A stretch of 64,000 bases of DNA, from NCBI GenBank assembly GCA_038883775.1, contig JAVZLM010000004.1:64001-128000 (forward strand). Direction: 5' to 3'. Positions 20,647 to 29,291 of the stretch are shown here, piece by piece. Each line of letters starts with the position of its first letter. Position 1 is the stretch's first letter. Below the pieces are notes generated by a model that saw nothing but the letters and a program-made list of their open reading frames with translations, was not told where the DNA came from and searched no databases. The stretch comes from Candidatus Bathyarchaeia archaeon (GTDB lineage Archaea > Thermoproteota > Bathyarchaeia > Bathyarchaeales > Bathycorpusculaceae). Position numbers and translations under genes: made by a program.

Positions 20647-23066
20647 AAATGGATAAGGTTAAGGTTGGCGTATTCCTTTCAGACTGCGGAAACCAAATAT
20701 CCCAAATCCTTGACTTCGAAGCCCTAATTGAATATGTAAAGGAAATTCCGGGGGTTGCGCTTGTTGCTAGAGCTAGCGAATTTTGGCGTGGCGAAGGATT
20801 AAAAACAATAGTCGAAGCCGTTAAAGGCAAAAAAGTAAACCGCGTTGTTGTGGCAGAAACAATTCCAAAACTAAGCGAAATAAACATTCTCGAGTCTGTG
20901 GAAAAAGCTGGGCTTAACCCATACTTAGCGGAGATAATAGACTTGAAAGACCATTGCGCATGGCCCCATAAAGACTCGCCAAAAGAAGCCACAGAAAAAG
21001 CTAAAGCAATGCTTTTGTCCGCCATTGAACGGGCTAAACTTCTCGAACCCATAGAGAAACTTGAGTTTCCAGCAACCAAATCCGTTTTGGTCATAGGCGG
21101 TGGCATAGCGGGAATACAAGCAGCTGAAGACTTGGCGGAAATGGGATTTGTAGTATATTTAATTGAGAAGGAACCATTCCTCGGAGGTTTGGCTGCCCGT
21201 GCTGGACGCTTCTTCCCCACTGATGATTGTGCCATATGCATACAGTCTCCAGCTTCAGACTTGAAAACTGTGACCCATACTTCCCGCAAATGCGTTTATC
21301 GTTCGGGGTTCACGGAAATTCCAAACCTAAACGTGCTAACAAATTCAAGGGTTCTAAAAGTTGAAGGAGTTCCGGGAAACTATAAGGTTACGATAGAGAA
21401 GAAGCCAAGATATGTTAATGAGGAAAAATGTGTTGCCTGCGACTTATGCACAACTGTTTGCCCAGTAGAAGTTCCAGACGCATATAATGCTAATCTTAAA
21501 AAACGCAAAGCCATCTACATAAACACGCCAATAGTTTATCCACCAGTCTACGCCATTGATGCCAGCGCCTGCAAATTTGACGAATGTGCCAAATGCGTGG
21601 AAGTTTGTCCAACAAAAGCTATAGAATTAAACCAGAAAAGCAAGAAAATGACGTTAAACGTTGGCAGCATAATAGTTGCCACGGGCTTTAAAGAGTATGA
21701 CCCAAGCGTAATAAAGGAATACCATTACGGTGAATACCCAGATGTAATAACCCAACTTGAACTGGCAAGGATGATTGACGGTTTTGGTCCCACAAAAGGC
21801 ATGATAATTAGACCTTCTGATGGAAAACCAGCAAAAAGAATAGTTTTCGTGCAATGTGTTGGTTCCAGAGATAGACGTTGGAACCCATGGTGTTCAAGCA
21901 TCTGCTGCATGATATCACTAAAACATGCTACGCTAATTAAATCGGCCTATCCAGACACTGATGTCACAATATGCTACATTGACATAAGAACAACTGGAAG
22001 AGAACACGAATACTATTACGAACGGGCAAGAGAGATGGGAGTAAAATTCGTGAAGGGTAGACCAACAGAAATTTTGCATGACCCAGAAGCGAACGTTTTG
22101 GTTGTTGATGTGGAAGATGAGCTTCTGCGAAGGTTCTTAGAATTGGAAGCTGATTTGGTGGTTTTGGCGCCTTCCATGGTTCCAGCGGATGGCACAAAAG
22201 AGCTTGCTGAAATTTTAGGTTTAGAATTGGACGAGGATGGTTTCTTTAAGGAATATAACGCCAAGCTTAGACCAACAGAAACCAAAAAGAGGGGAATCTT
22301 CCTTTGCGGCGGAGCCACATTTCCAAAGGATGCTCCGACAACATCCCTTCAGGCTCATTCAGCAGCTATGAAAGCCGCCAAGTTCCTTAACATGGGCAAA
22401 ATAGTTAAAGACCAGAGAACAGCTGTTGTAAATGAAGAGTATTGTGGCGACTGCGAATTCTGTCCGGTCACTTGTCCCTATGGTGCTATAACTTTGACTC
22501 CTAAAGGTGACGGGCATTTTGTTGCAAAAATATCCGACCTCCTATGCGAGGGATGCGGCGTCTGTGTAGGCACATGTCCGGTTAACGCTATTGAACTCCG
22601 ACATTCCAGACCAAACCAAATGTTAGCTCAAATGAGAGCTCTCCTCTCAATAAATGGAACATCAAAACCACTAGTTCTAGCCATAACCTGCTTAGAATGC
22701 GGAAATGCCGCTGTGGATTCTTCTGGCATGGCTATGATGCAGTATCCAGCCAACGTAAGAATAATGAGGGTTCCATGCACTGGAATTTTGCAAGTTCAGC
22801 AAATCCTTGAAGCCTTTAGGGCTGGCGCCCAAGGAGTCATGGTTGTTGGATGCAAAACCGACGGCTGCCACTATGAAATTGGGAGTCAAATAGCCCAAAG
22901 AAAAGTGGAATTGGCAAAAATGTTGCTTAAAGAGTATGGCATAGAACCCGAACGGCTGGAAATGTTCAACATGGTTTACATTGAAGGAGACAAATTCGCC
23001 GAAGCTGCAAAAATGATGACTGAAAGAGTAGAGAAACTTGGTCCCATCAAAATAACATCATCTTAA
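20643..23066 (+). CDS. hdrA: HdrA-MvhD fusion with a degenerate N-terminal Fe-S domain
   Basis: IGGGIAG, FPTDDCAIC, ferredoxin motifs, QCVGSRD..CSSICCM; C-terminal MvhD retains TCLEC, RVPCTG and GCKTDGCHY. Confidence 0.9.
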   Translation: MKMDKVKVGVFLSDCGNQISQILDFEALIEYVKEIPGVALVARASEFWRGEGLKTIVEAVKGKKVNRVVVAETIPKLSEINILESVEKAGLNPYLAEIIDLKDHCAWPHKDSPKEATEKAKAMLLSAIERAKLLEPIEKLEFPATKSVLVIGGGIAGIQAAEDLAEMGFVVYLIEKEPFLGGLAARAGRFFPTDDCAICIQSPASDLKTVTHTSRKCVYRSGFTEIPNLNVLTNSRVLKVEGVPGNYKVTIEKKPRYVNEEKCVACDLCTTVCPVEVPDAYNANLKKRKAIYINTPIVYPPVYAIDASACKFDECAKCVEVCPTKAIELNQKSKKMTLNVGSIIVATGFKEYDPSVIKEYHYGEYPDVITQLELARMIDGFGPTKGMIIRPSDGKPAKRIVFVQCVGSRDRRWNPWCSSICCMISLKHATLIKSAYPDTDVTICYIDIRTTGREHEYYYERAREMGVKFVKGRPTEILHDPEANVLVVDVEDELLRRFLELEADLVVLAPSMVPADGTKELAEILGLELDEDGFFKEYNAKLRPTETKKRGIFLCGGATFPKDAPTTSLQAHSAAMKAAKFLNMGKIVKDQRTAVVNEEYCGDCEFCPVTCPYGAITLTPKGDGHFVAKISDLLCEGCGVCVGTCPVNAIELRHSRPNQMLAQMRALLSINGTSKPLVLAITCLECGNAAVDSSGMAMMQYPANVRIMRVPCTGILQVQQILEAFRAGAQGVMVVGCKTDGCHYEIGSQIAQRKVELAKMLLKEYGIEPERLEMFNMVYIEGDKFAEAAKMMTERVEKLGPIKITSS

Positions 23067-23078
23067 CAATGGAGATAA

Positions 23079-23594
23079 ATGGAAATGGCACAACAAAAAA
23101 CCTCCCCAAAAAATTTTTCCAAAGAGATAACAAGCCGACTTGGCGGCGAAACAATAACCTTTTGCTATCAATGCGGAACATGCGCCAGCAGCTGCCCAGT
23201 TGCCAAAATTACGGAAAAGTTCAATCCAAGAGAAGTTATTAGACTGGCGCTTTTGGGAATGAGGGATGAGGTTTTAGCTGGCGATGCCATTTGGCTTTGT
23301 TCTTCATGCTACAACTGTCAAGAACGTTGTCCTCAAAAAGTGGAAATAGCTGATGTCATCTATGCCTTAAGAAATATAGCCATACGAGAAGGGCACATTC
23401 CAAACATTTATTCAGAGTTTGCAGCTGGACTAATGAGTGAAGGACGCATAGTTCCAATCTCCAAATTTTTAGAAAAGAAGAGACCAGAATACGGTTTGCC
23501 ACCCCTAAAACCAGCAGGAGTTGAAGCAATAAGAAAGATTCTTTCCGCCACTGGTTTTGACAAGATTCAATTCAAAAAAGGTGAGACGCCATGA
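23079..23594 (+). CDS. hdrC: Heterodisulfide reductase subunit C (copy 1)
   Basis: CYQCGTCASSCP, FNPR, IWLCSSCYNCQERCP. Confidence 0.92.
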   Translation: MEMAQQKTSPKNFSKEITSRLGGETITFCYQCGTCASSCPVAKITEKFNPREVIRLALLGMRDEVLAGDAIWLCSSCYNCQERCPQKVEIADVIYALRNIAIREGHIPNIYSEFAAGLMSEGRIVPISKFLEKKRPEYGLPPLKPAGVEAIRKILSATGFDKIQFKKGETP

Positions 23595-24466
23595 CCACAT
23601 ACGCTTTATTCCTCGGCTGCACGATACCAGCCCGCCAACCACACTATGAATTGTCTGCAAGGAAAGCCTTAACAAAATTGGGAATAGAACTTGTCGACTT
23701 AGATAATATGACATGCTGCGCTCCTCCACCATTGCAGTCAATAGATTTGGAAACAAGCTTGGCTATTGCCGCGCATAATATTTGTATAGCTGAAGAGGCA
23801 GACCTTAACATAGTTACTCTTTGCACGGGCTGTTTCGAATCCTTGGCGATGGCAAATGCCATTTTAAAAGAGAATGAAGAACTGAAAGCGAAAGTGAACA
23901 AAATCCTTTCCAGTGTCGGTAAAGAGTTTAAGGGCAACAAGGAAGTTAGGCATTACCTTCAAGTTTTGATGAATGATGTAGGCTTAAAGCGCTTAGAAAA
24001 GAGCGTAGTTAAAAAATTAAATAACTTGAAAGTGGCATCCTTTTCTGGTTGTCACCTTCTCAGACCCAGCGCGCTTTTAAAATTTGATGATCCAGAACGC
24101 CCACGAATATTTGATAGCCTCATTGAAGCCTTAGGCGCGAAAAGCATTTGGTATCGAAACAAGCTAAAATGTTGTGGAGGACTTTTGAGAGGCTATGCCG
24201 ATGATGTTGCCTTAGCCATCGCAAAAGACAAAATTGTAAACGCTACAAGAGCTGGCGCCGATTGCATATCAACCCTTTGTCCCTTCTGCTTCTTAACATT
24301 AGATCTGGGGCAGATGCTCATAAAATCCACCTACAAAGAAGAATACAACATGCCAATCATTCACTACTCTGAACTTCTAAGCCTAAGTTTGGGAATAGAC
24401 CCAAAAGAGCTTGCCCTTGACTTTCACAAGGTAAAAGTGGACCCGGTGCTGAAAAAATTAGGTTAA
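23591..24466 (+). CDS. hdrB: Heterodisulfide reductase subunit B (copy 1)
   Basis: FLGCTIP, TCCA, LCTGC, GCHLLRP, KCCGG, LCPFC: two CCG domains. Confidence 0.92.
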   Translation: MTTYALFLGCTIPARQPHYELSARKALTKLGIELVDLDNMTCCAPPPLQSIDLETSLAIAAHNICIAEEADLNIVTLCTGCFESLAMANAILKENEELKAKVNKILSSVGKEFKGNKEVRHYLQVLMNDVGLKRLEKSVVKKLNNLKVASFSGCHLLRPSALLKFDDPERPRIFDSLIEALGAKSIWYRNKLKCCGGLLRGYADDVALAIAKDKIVNATRAGADCISTLCPFCFLTLDLGQMLIKSTYKEEYNMPIIHYSELLSLSLGIDPKELALDFHKVKVDPVLKKLG

Positions 24467-24539
24467 GCCAAAAATTTCGTCTTTACAGATGGAAAGCGTT
24501 AATAGTTTGAAACTTCACCCAATTTTTGGGAAGCATAAA

Positions 24540-24737
24540 ATGAAAGTAGTTGCTTTAAAAGAGCATACTTGTTATTGTTGTGGAGAAACAATAAAAAAGG
24601 GTGAAGAATGCATCGCCTTATTTGTAAACCCTTCCAACCCAGCAAAAAACGAGTTTGATGTGATTTACACTTGTCTAAAATGTTTCGGAGAAGAAGCTTG
24701 CAAGCTTAGAATAGAGAAAAGGAAAGCAGTTCAATAA
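24540..24737 (+). CDS. Small zinc-finger-like protein
   Basis: EHTCYCCGETIKKGEE...TCLKC. Likely ATG at 24540, downstream of a BRE/TATA-like gaaagcgttaatag. Confidence 0.6.
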   Translation: MKVVALKEHTCYCCGETIKKGEECIALFVNPSNPAKNEFDVIYTCLKCFGEEACKLRIEKRKAVQ

Positions 24738-24741
24738 CGCT

Positions 24742-25215
24742 TTAGTTACTATTGTTTACTTTTGGAATGTAAACTTCAAAAGCCTCATTATTATTGCACT
24801 TCATAACCATATCTTCAATTTTTAAATGCTTAACTGGAAGGTTTAGTTTTTGGCATTCGTCAACGCAAACCTCTATTCCATTCGAGTCTTTGTGGCATTT
24901 TTTCTGGCAAATTTCTAAACCGTCCACACCTGTATGAAGTGTAACTTTTTGGTCCTTGCAGCGGCATTGCATCAATATCCTAACGTAGTTTTCATCTTCG
25001 AAAACATCAATTAATGGTTCTTCCAATTGCGGAAGGGGAATAAAATGTTTAACTGGGCTTGGTTCAACTTGTTCGCTTATTATGTATTTTCTGTAAAGAA
25101 GTCTTTCCATCGGTTCCACAACAACATCGCTCTTTTCTTCCTCTTCAGCAATCTTCCTAGCTAAGACCTTGCAGAAAACATCGATATTTCGTAATGCTTC
25201 TTCAAAATCATCCAA
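24742..25215 (-). CDS. Cys-rich Hsp20/alpha-crystallin-like protein
   Basis: EEPLIDVFEDENYVRI...LNLP...NNEAFEVYIPK follows the archaeal sHSP pattern; 8 Cys. Confidence 0.55.
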   Translation of the reverse strand: MDDFEEALRNIDVFCKVLARKIAEEEEKSDVVVEPMERLLYRKYIISEQVEPSPVKHFIPLPQLEEPLIDVFEDENYVRILMQCRCKDQKVTLHTGVDGLEICQKKCHKDSNGIEVCVDECQKLNLPVKHLKIEDMVMKCNNNEAFEVYIPKVNNSN

Positions 25216-25301
25216 GGTCTCGACGCCCTCTGTATTTATGTTATTTACTTTTATCCTTAAAAGGCTTCTTATGTTATAATTAACGCATAAACCATTTATG
25301 C

Positions 25302-26378
25302 TTACGCCTTCTTTTTCACTGGCAATGGTGCGGTTCGAACGTGCTTCACTACCCGGATAATATGCTCCACATCTTTTCTCGGCTGCTCCAACGCTCTGTT
25401 TATTGCTATATCTGCAATTGTCGCCCCTTTATCTGCAATCTTGTTCAGACAAGAAATATTCGCCCTTAAATATGGAATTTCAGGAGCTTCTCGCATAAGT
25501 TTTTCTGCCTCCATTTCCAACACATTCTTCATTTCCAACACTCCATTGGCAACTCTTAGGTCTCGTGTGAAGATGCAGTCTAAGGCTTTCTGGAAGATAG
25601 TCTGCGTTAACTCGCCCATATGATAAATCCTTTCCACAATCTCCTTTGGAATTCTATCTCTATAGGGTTCCAATTCGACAATTTTTCTGGCTATGTCCTC
25701 AGAATAGTCTGCGATTAACTCTAAATACTGCAATATTAAACGGGTGGCTGGAATGAAGAGGATGTCTGTTGCGCCTATTTGCTCTGCCACAGCGGGTTTT
25801 GCTTGTGCAGAAAGGAGCAGACGCACCGCCAAATAATAGATAGTGTCTGCTTCGTCTTCTCGGCTTACCGCCTCATTGGCTAAGGAATAATTTTTCTCCA
25901 AGAAAGCCTGCATGGCTTCAGACAAAATTGTTGAAGCAATTAGGGACAATCGTCTAATAAGCATGTCAATTTTAAACTTGGCTGGGTCCACGGAGCATTG
26001 CAACAAAATATTGTTTGGTGTTTCTTCCAGAATACCTAAACCAATGAGTTTCCGAACAATTCTCCGAATTTCATCCACATGCATCTTCCCTATTCTGCTT
26101 GAAGATGTTATCCTTATAACATCCCGTCCGAGAATGTAGCTTCCAACAATTATTCTTTCCAGCATGCCTTGCTCATCGCATGCGTCCGCATTTATTATGT
26201 ATTCTTCAGCTTCCTCTTTCAGCGCCATTTGACTTGGCACAATTTTTAATGTGCCGTCTCTTTCCGGGATGAGGAAAACAGGGTCTCCGGGGTTAATGTT
26301 GTTTTGTTTTGCCCATTCGCTTGGAAGCGAAACCGTCATTGTTGAGTATCCTACTTTTTGCACTTTTCTACTTTCCAA
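25302..26378 (-). CDS. Archaeal AbrB-domain/PhoU-domain regulator
   Basis: RKVQKVGYSTMTVSLPSEWA AbrB N-terminus, then PhoU helical repeats (EDEAD..Y, LELIADYSEDIA). Likely TTG start at 26378. Confidence 0.85.
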   Translation of the reverse strand: MESRKVQKVGYSTMTVSLPSEWAKQNNINPGDPVFLIPERDGTLKIVPSQMALKEEAEEYIINADACDEQGMLERIIVGSYILGRDVIRITSSSRIGKMHVDEIRRIVRKLIGLGILEETPNNILLQCSVDPAKFKIDMLIRRLSLIASTILSEAMQAFLEKNYSLANEAVSREDEADTIYYLAVRLLLSAQAKPAVAEQIGATDILFIPATRLILQYLELIADYSEDIARKIVELEPYRDRIPKEIVERIYHMGELTQTIFQKALDCIFTRDLRVANGVLEMKNVLEMEAEKLMREAPEIPYLRANISCLNKIADKGATIADIAINRALEQPRKDVEHIIRVVKHVRTAPLPVKKKA

Positions 26379-26417
26379 AATAGATTCCTTCGCATGGTAT
26401 TTACTATTATTTGTTTT

Positions 26418-26434
26418 ATATGCATTACGCATAT
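26418..26434. promoter_or_regulatory. Inverted repeat ATATGC-N5-GCATAT in the divergent AbrB-PhoU/DUF2061 promoter
   Basis: Perfect 6-bp arms overlapping a TATA-like tract. Confidence 0.35.
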
Positions 26435-26512
26435 CTCTTCTATTATGTTATGTATTAGCTAAATATTGAGTAAAAATGATAAAATGTAGCGAAATGTTGA
26501 GAAGGGTAGTTT

Positions 26513-26734
26513 ATGATAGAAAAACCTGTTAGAAGTTTAGTTAAAGCCATTTCTTGGCGAATTGTTGCAACCATAACCACTATACTCTTGGTTGTAGTTT
26601 TCAGTAAGGATTTGGCTTTGGGTACGATTGTGGGCATTACGGAACTTGTGGTGAAGACTATTGTTTATTATGTTCATGAGCGTGTTTGGAATTTGTCCAA
26701 CTTTGGTAGAGAAGTCAAAAGCAAAGTGCAGTGA
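26513..26734 (+). CDS. DUF2061-like small membrane protein
   Basis: RSLVKAISWR...YYVHERVW..FG signature with two hydrophobic segments. Confidence 0.8.
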   Translation: MIEKPVRSLVKAISWRIVATITTILLVVVFSKDLALGTIVGITELVVKTIVYYVHERVWNLSNFGREVKSKVQ

Positions 26735-26782
26735 TTATTTCAATGTCGTCTAAATATGGTATTTACTATTATAATTTATAAA

Positions 26783-26813
26783 TGCACTAAGTATATATTT
26801 AATTCTTGCACTA
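26783..26813 (+). promoter_or_regulatory. TGCACTA direct repeats flanking the TATA-like box of the RHH-GcvH gene
   Basis: tgcacta at 26783-26789 and 26807-26813, around tatatattta. Confidence 0.35.
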
Positions 26814-26847
26814 TATATCACTCAAGGTTAAAGGAGGTTGATAAAAA

Positions 26848-27450
26848 ATGACCGAAAAAACATCAGAATGGAAAACCGTAAGCATAAGACAAGAACTCAT
26901 AAAAGAAATAGAAGAAGCCATAAAAACAGGACGTTACCGAAGCATTTCGGAATTCGTCTCAGAAGCCATCCGCCTACGCTTAGAAGACCTAATGCGGGCA
27001 GAAGGAATCCCAATTGAAAAACGCAAAGAACTTTTAGCAAAACCAGAATTGCTACTCTACACGCCTAAACACACATGGGCTCAAATCACTCCTGAAGGAA
27101 ACATAAGAGTCGGCGTTTCCGAATATGCCCAAAAACACTTGAAAAGCATAGTTCGCGTATTAACCGAGCCAGTAGGAAAGGAAATCACCAAAATGGAGCC
27201 CTTCGGAGTTGCCGAAACCTGGATGTTCATGTTCGACCTTTACGCTCCAGTTAGTGGCAAAATAGTCAAGGTCAACGAGAAATTGAAGAACGAGCCCAAC
27301 ATCATAAACGAAGACCCCTACAATGAAGGATGGATTATTGAGATAAAGCCCAAAAACTCTTTGGTTCTGGAAGAGGAACTTAAAAAGTTACTTAGCGCAA
27401 GAGAGTACAACAAGTGGATAAGCAAGCTTGAAGGAAGATTACGCGAATAA
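26848..27450 (+). CDS. Ribbon-helix-helix DNA-binding domain fused to a glycine-cleavage H-protein-like domain lacking the lipoyl lysine
   Basis: WKTVSIRQELIKEIEEAIKTGRYRSISEFVSEAIR (CopG/RHH), then YTPKHTWA..VGVSEYAQ..DLYAPVSGKIVKVNE..INEDPYNEGWI (GcvH). The ESVK site reads ETWM. GGAGG SD. Confidence 0.85.
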   Translation: MTEKTSEWKTVSIRQELIKEIEEAIKTGRYRSISEFVSEAIRLRLEDLMRAEGIPIEKRKELLAKPELLLYTPKHTWAQITPEGNIRVGVSEYAQKHLKSIVRVLTEPVGKEITKMEPFGVAETWMFMFDLYAPVSGKIVKVNEKLKNEPNIINEDPYNEGWIIEIKPKNSLVLEEELKKLLSAREYNKWISKLEGRLRE

Positions 27451-27571
27451 TTTCCCATCTCCCCCTTTTTATTTGCTGCATTTTTGATGCGTTATAATTG
27501 TGTTAAGTTTAACTTAGGTGGCTTAATATATTAGGCTTATAAAACTTTACATAGGTAAAGCTGGTTCCATA

Positions 27572-29284
27572 ATGGCAGCTAAAACTGAAACAAAAGTGAG
27601 AAAACTTCCACCATGCCGCGCGGCATGCCCAGCCCATGTCAACGTTCAAGGATATGTAGCTTTGTTGCAAATGGGAAAATTCAAGGAAGCCGTTGAAATC
27701 ATAAGAAGGGACATGCCCTTTCCGGCAATATGCGGAAGAGTCTGCTTCAGCCCATGCGAAGATGCGTGTGCTAGAACCAACGTGGATCAAGCAGTAGCCA
27801 TACGCGCCCTAAAAAGACTTGTCGCTGATATTGAAAGAGAAACTGGAAGAGTGAAGGCAGAACCCATACCGAAAAAATACAGCGAAAAAGTCGCCATAAT
27901 AGGCGCAGGTCCAGCGGGTTTAACAGCAGCTTACGAGCTTGCAAAGCTTGGTTATCCAATAACAGTTTTTGAGCGAATGAGCGAGGCTGGCGGAATGATG
28001 CGTTATTGCATACCCGAATTTCGACTTGAAAAATTTGTTGTAGCCAACGAAATAGCCTACATAAAAGATTTAGGCGTCGAAATTAAAACAGGCGTGGAAT
28101 TTGGAAAAGACATAACTATCCAAAGTCTGCAAGATGAAGGTTACAAGGCTATTTTCTTAGCCATCGGAACACAACTGGGCATGAAGTTAAATGTACCAGG
28201 CGAAGATTTAGAAGGCGTGATAAACGCTGTTGACTTCTTGAGAGCTGTGAATTTGGGAGAACATGTTAAGGTTGGAGAAAAGGTTGCGGTTGTTGGAGGT
28301 GGAAACACTGCTATTGACGCTGCGCGCACGGCGAAAAAGCTTGACGCTAAAGAAGTTATGATATTGTATAGACGTTCCCGCGAAGAAATGCCAGCCTTGC
28401 CCCATGAAGTTGAATTGGCTGAGAAGGATGGAATAAAGTTCTATTTTCTTGTTGCTCCAAAACAGATTATAGGTGAAAATGGCAAGGTTAAAGCCATTGA
28501 ATGCTTAAGAATGCGGTTGGGCGAACCAGACGAAAGCGGAAGAAGACGCCCAATTCCAATAAGCTTTTCTGAACATCAATATGAAGTTGACATGGTGATT
28601 CCAGCCCTTGGACAAGTGGCAGAAATATCATGCATACCAAAAGAACTTCTAGACAAAGAAACAAGAGCTCCATCATTAAAAGTTGACCCAACAACCCTAG
28701 AAACAAACATGCCAGGCGTTTTCGCAGGAGGCGACATAGCCACAGGACCAGCAAGCATAATTGAAGCTGTAGGTGCTGGGAAAAGAGCCGCTGTTTCAAT
28801 TCACCGTTATCTTCAAGGGATAGATTTGCGAAGTGGAAGAGAAGAGGTTGAAGAAACAACATGGGTTAAAAACTGGGGATACATTAACAAAAAAGAACGC
28901 AGATATGAGCCTCCAGTGGAGAAGCCGCGGCTGAGTTTTGAGGAGGCAATGGAATATTTAGAAAAGATAAAACAGCAAGCCATGTTTGAAGCTTTTCGCT
29001 GCTTGGGATGTGGACCTTGCGCTGAATGCTTGGCAAACTTGGAATTATGTGAGGGTGACAAGGCTATTATTGATGAAACGTTATGTATAGGCTGCAATGT
29101 CTGCGCTGTCGTCTGTCCATTTGGAGCAATTAAAAAGAACGAAAAGGAAATCGCCCAAGTAAACGAAGACCTTTGCAAGGGCTGCGGAATTTGCGCGGCA
29201 AGATGCCCAGAACAAGCCATAACAATGAAGAAACTGCCAAACGAGAGAATTCTAAGCCTCGCTTTAGCAACTATTAAGGGGTGA
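27572..29284 (+). CDS. DsrL/HdrL-insert-like FAD/NAD(P)H oxidoreductase with C-terminal ferredoxin domains
   Basis: [56 protein letters not shown], two CxxCxxCxxxCP. Confidence 0.8.
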   Translation: MAAKTETKVRKLPPCRAACPAHVNVQGYVALLQMGKFKEAVEIIRRDMPFPAICGRVCFSPCEDACARTNVDQAVAIRALKRLVADIERETGRVKAEPIPKKYSEKVAIIGAGPAGLTAAYELAKLGYPITVFERMSEAGGMMRYCIPEFRLEKFVVANEIAYIKDLGVEIKTGVEFGKDITIQSLQDEGYKAIFLAIGTQLGMKLNVPGEDLEGVINAVDFLRAVNLGEHVKVGEKVAVVGGGNTAIDAARTAKKLDAKEVMILYRRSREEMPALPHEVELAEKDGIKFYFLVAPKQIIGENGKVKAIECLRMRLGEPDESGRRRPIPISFSEHQYEVDMVIPALGQVAEISCIPKELLDKETRAPSLKVDPTTLETNMPGVFAGGDIATGPASIIEAVGAGKRAAVSIHRYLQGIDLRSGREEVEETTWVKNWGYINKKERRYEPPVEKPRLSFEEAMEYLEKIKQQAMFEAFRCLGCGPCAECLANLELCEGDKAIIDETLCIGCNVCAVVCPFGAIKKNEKEIAQVNEDLCKGCGICAARCPEQAITMKKLPNERILSLALATIKG

Positions 29285-29291
29285 TAATTGA

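Noticed and set aside
26848-27450. Functional glycine cleavage system H protein (gcvH)
   Set aside because: Lipoyl Lys absent, RHH fusion present, and no other gcv genes nearby.
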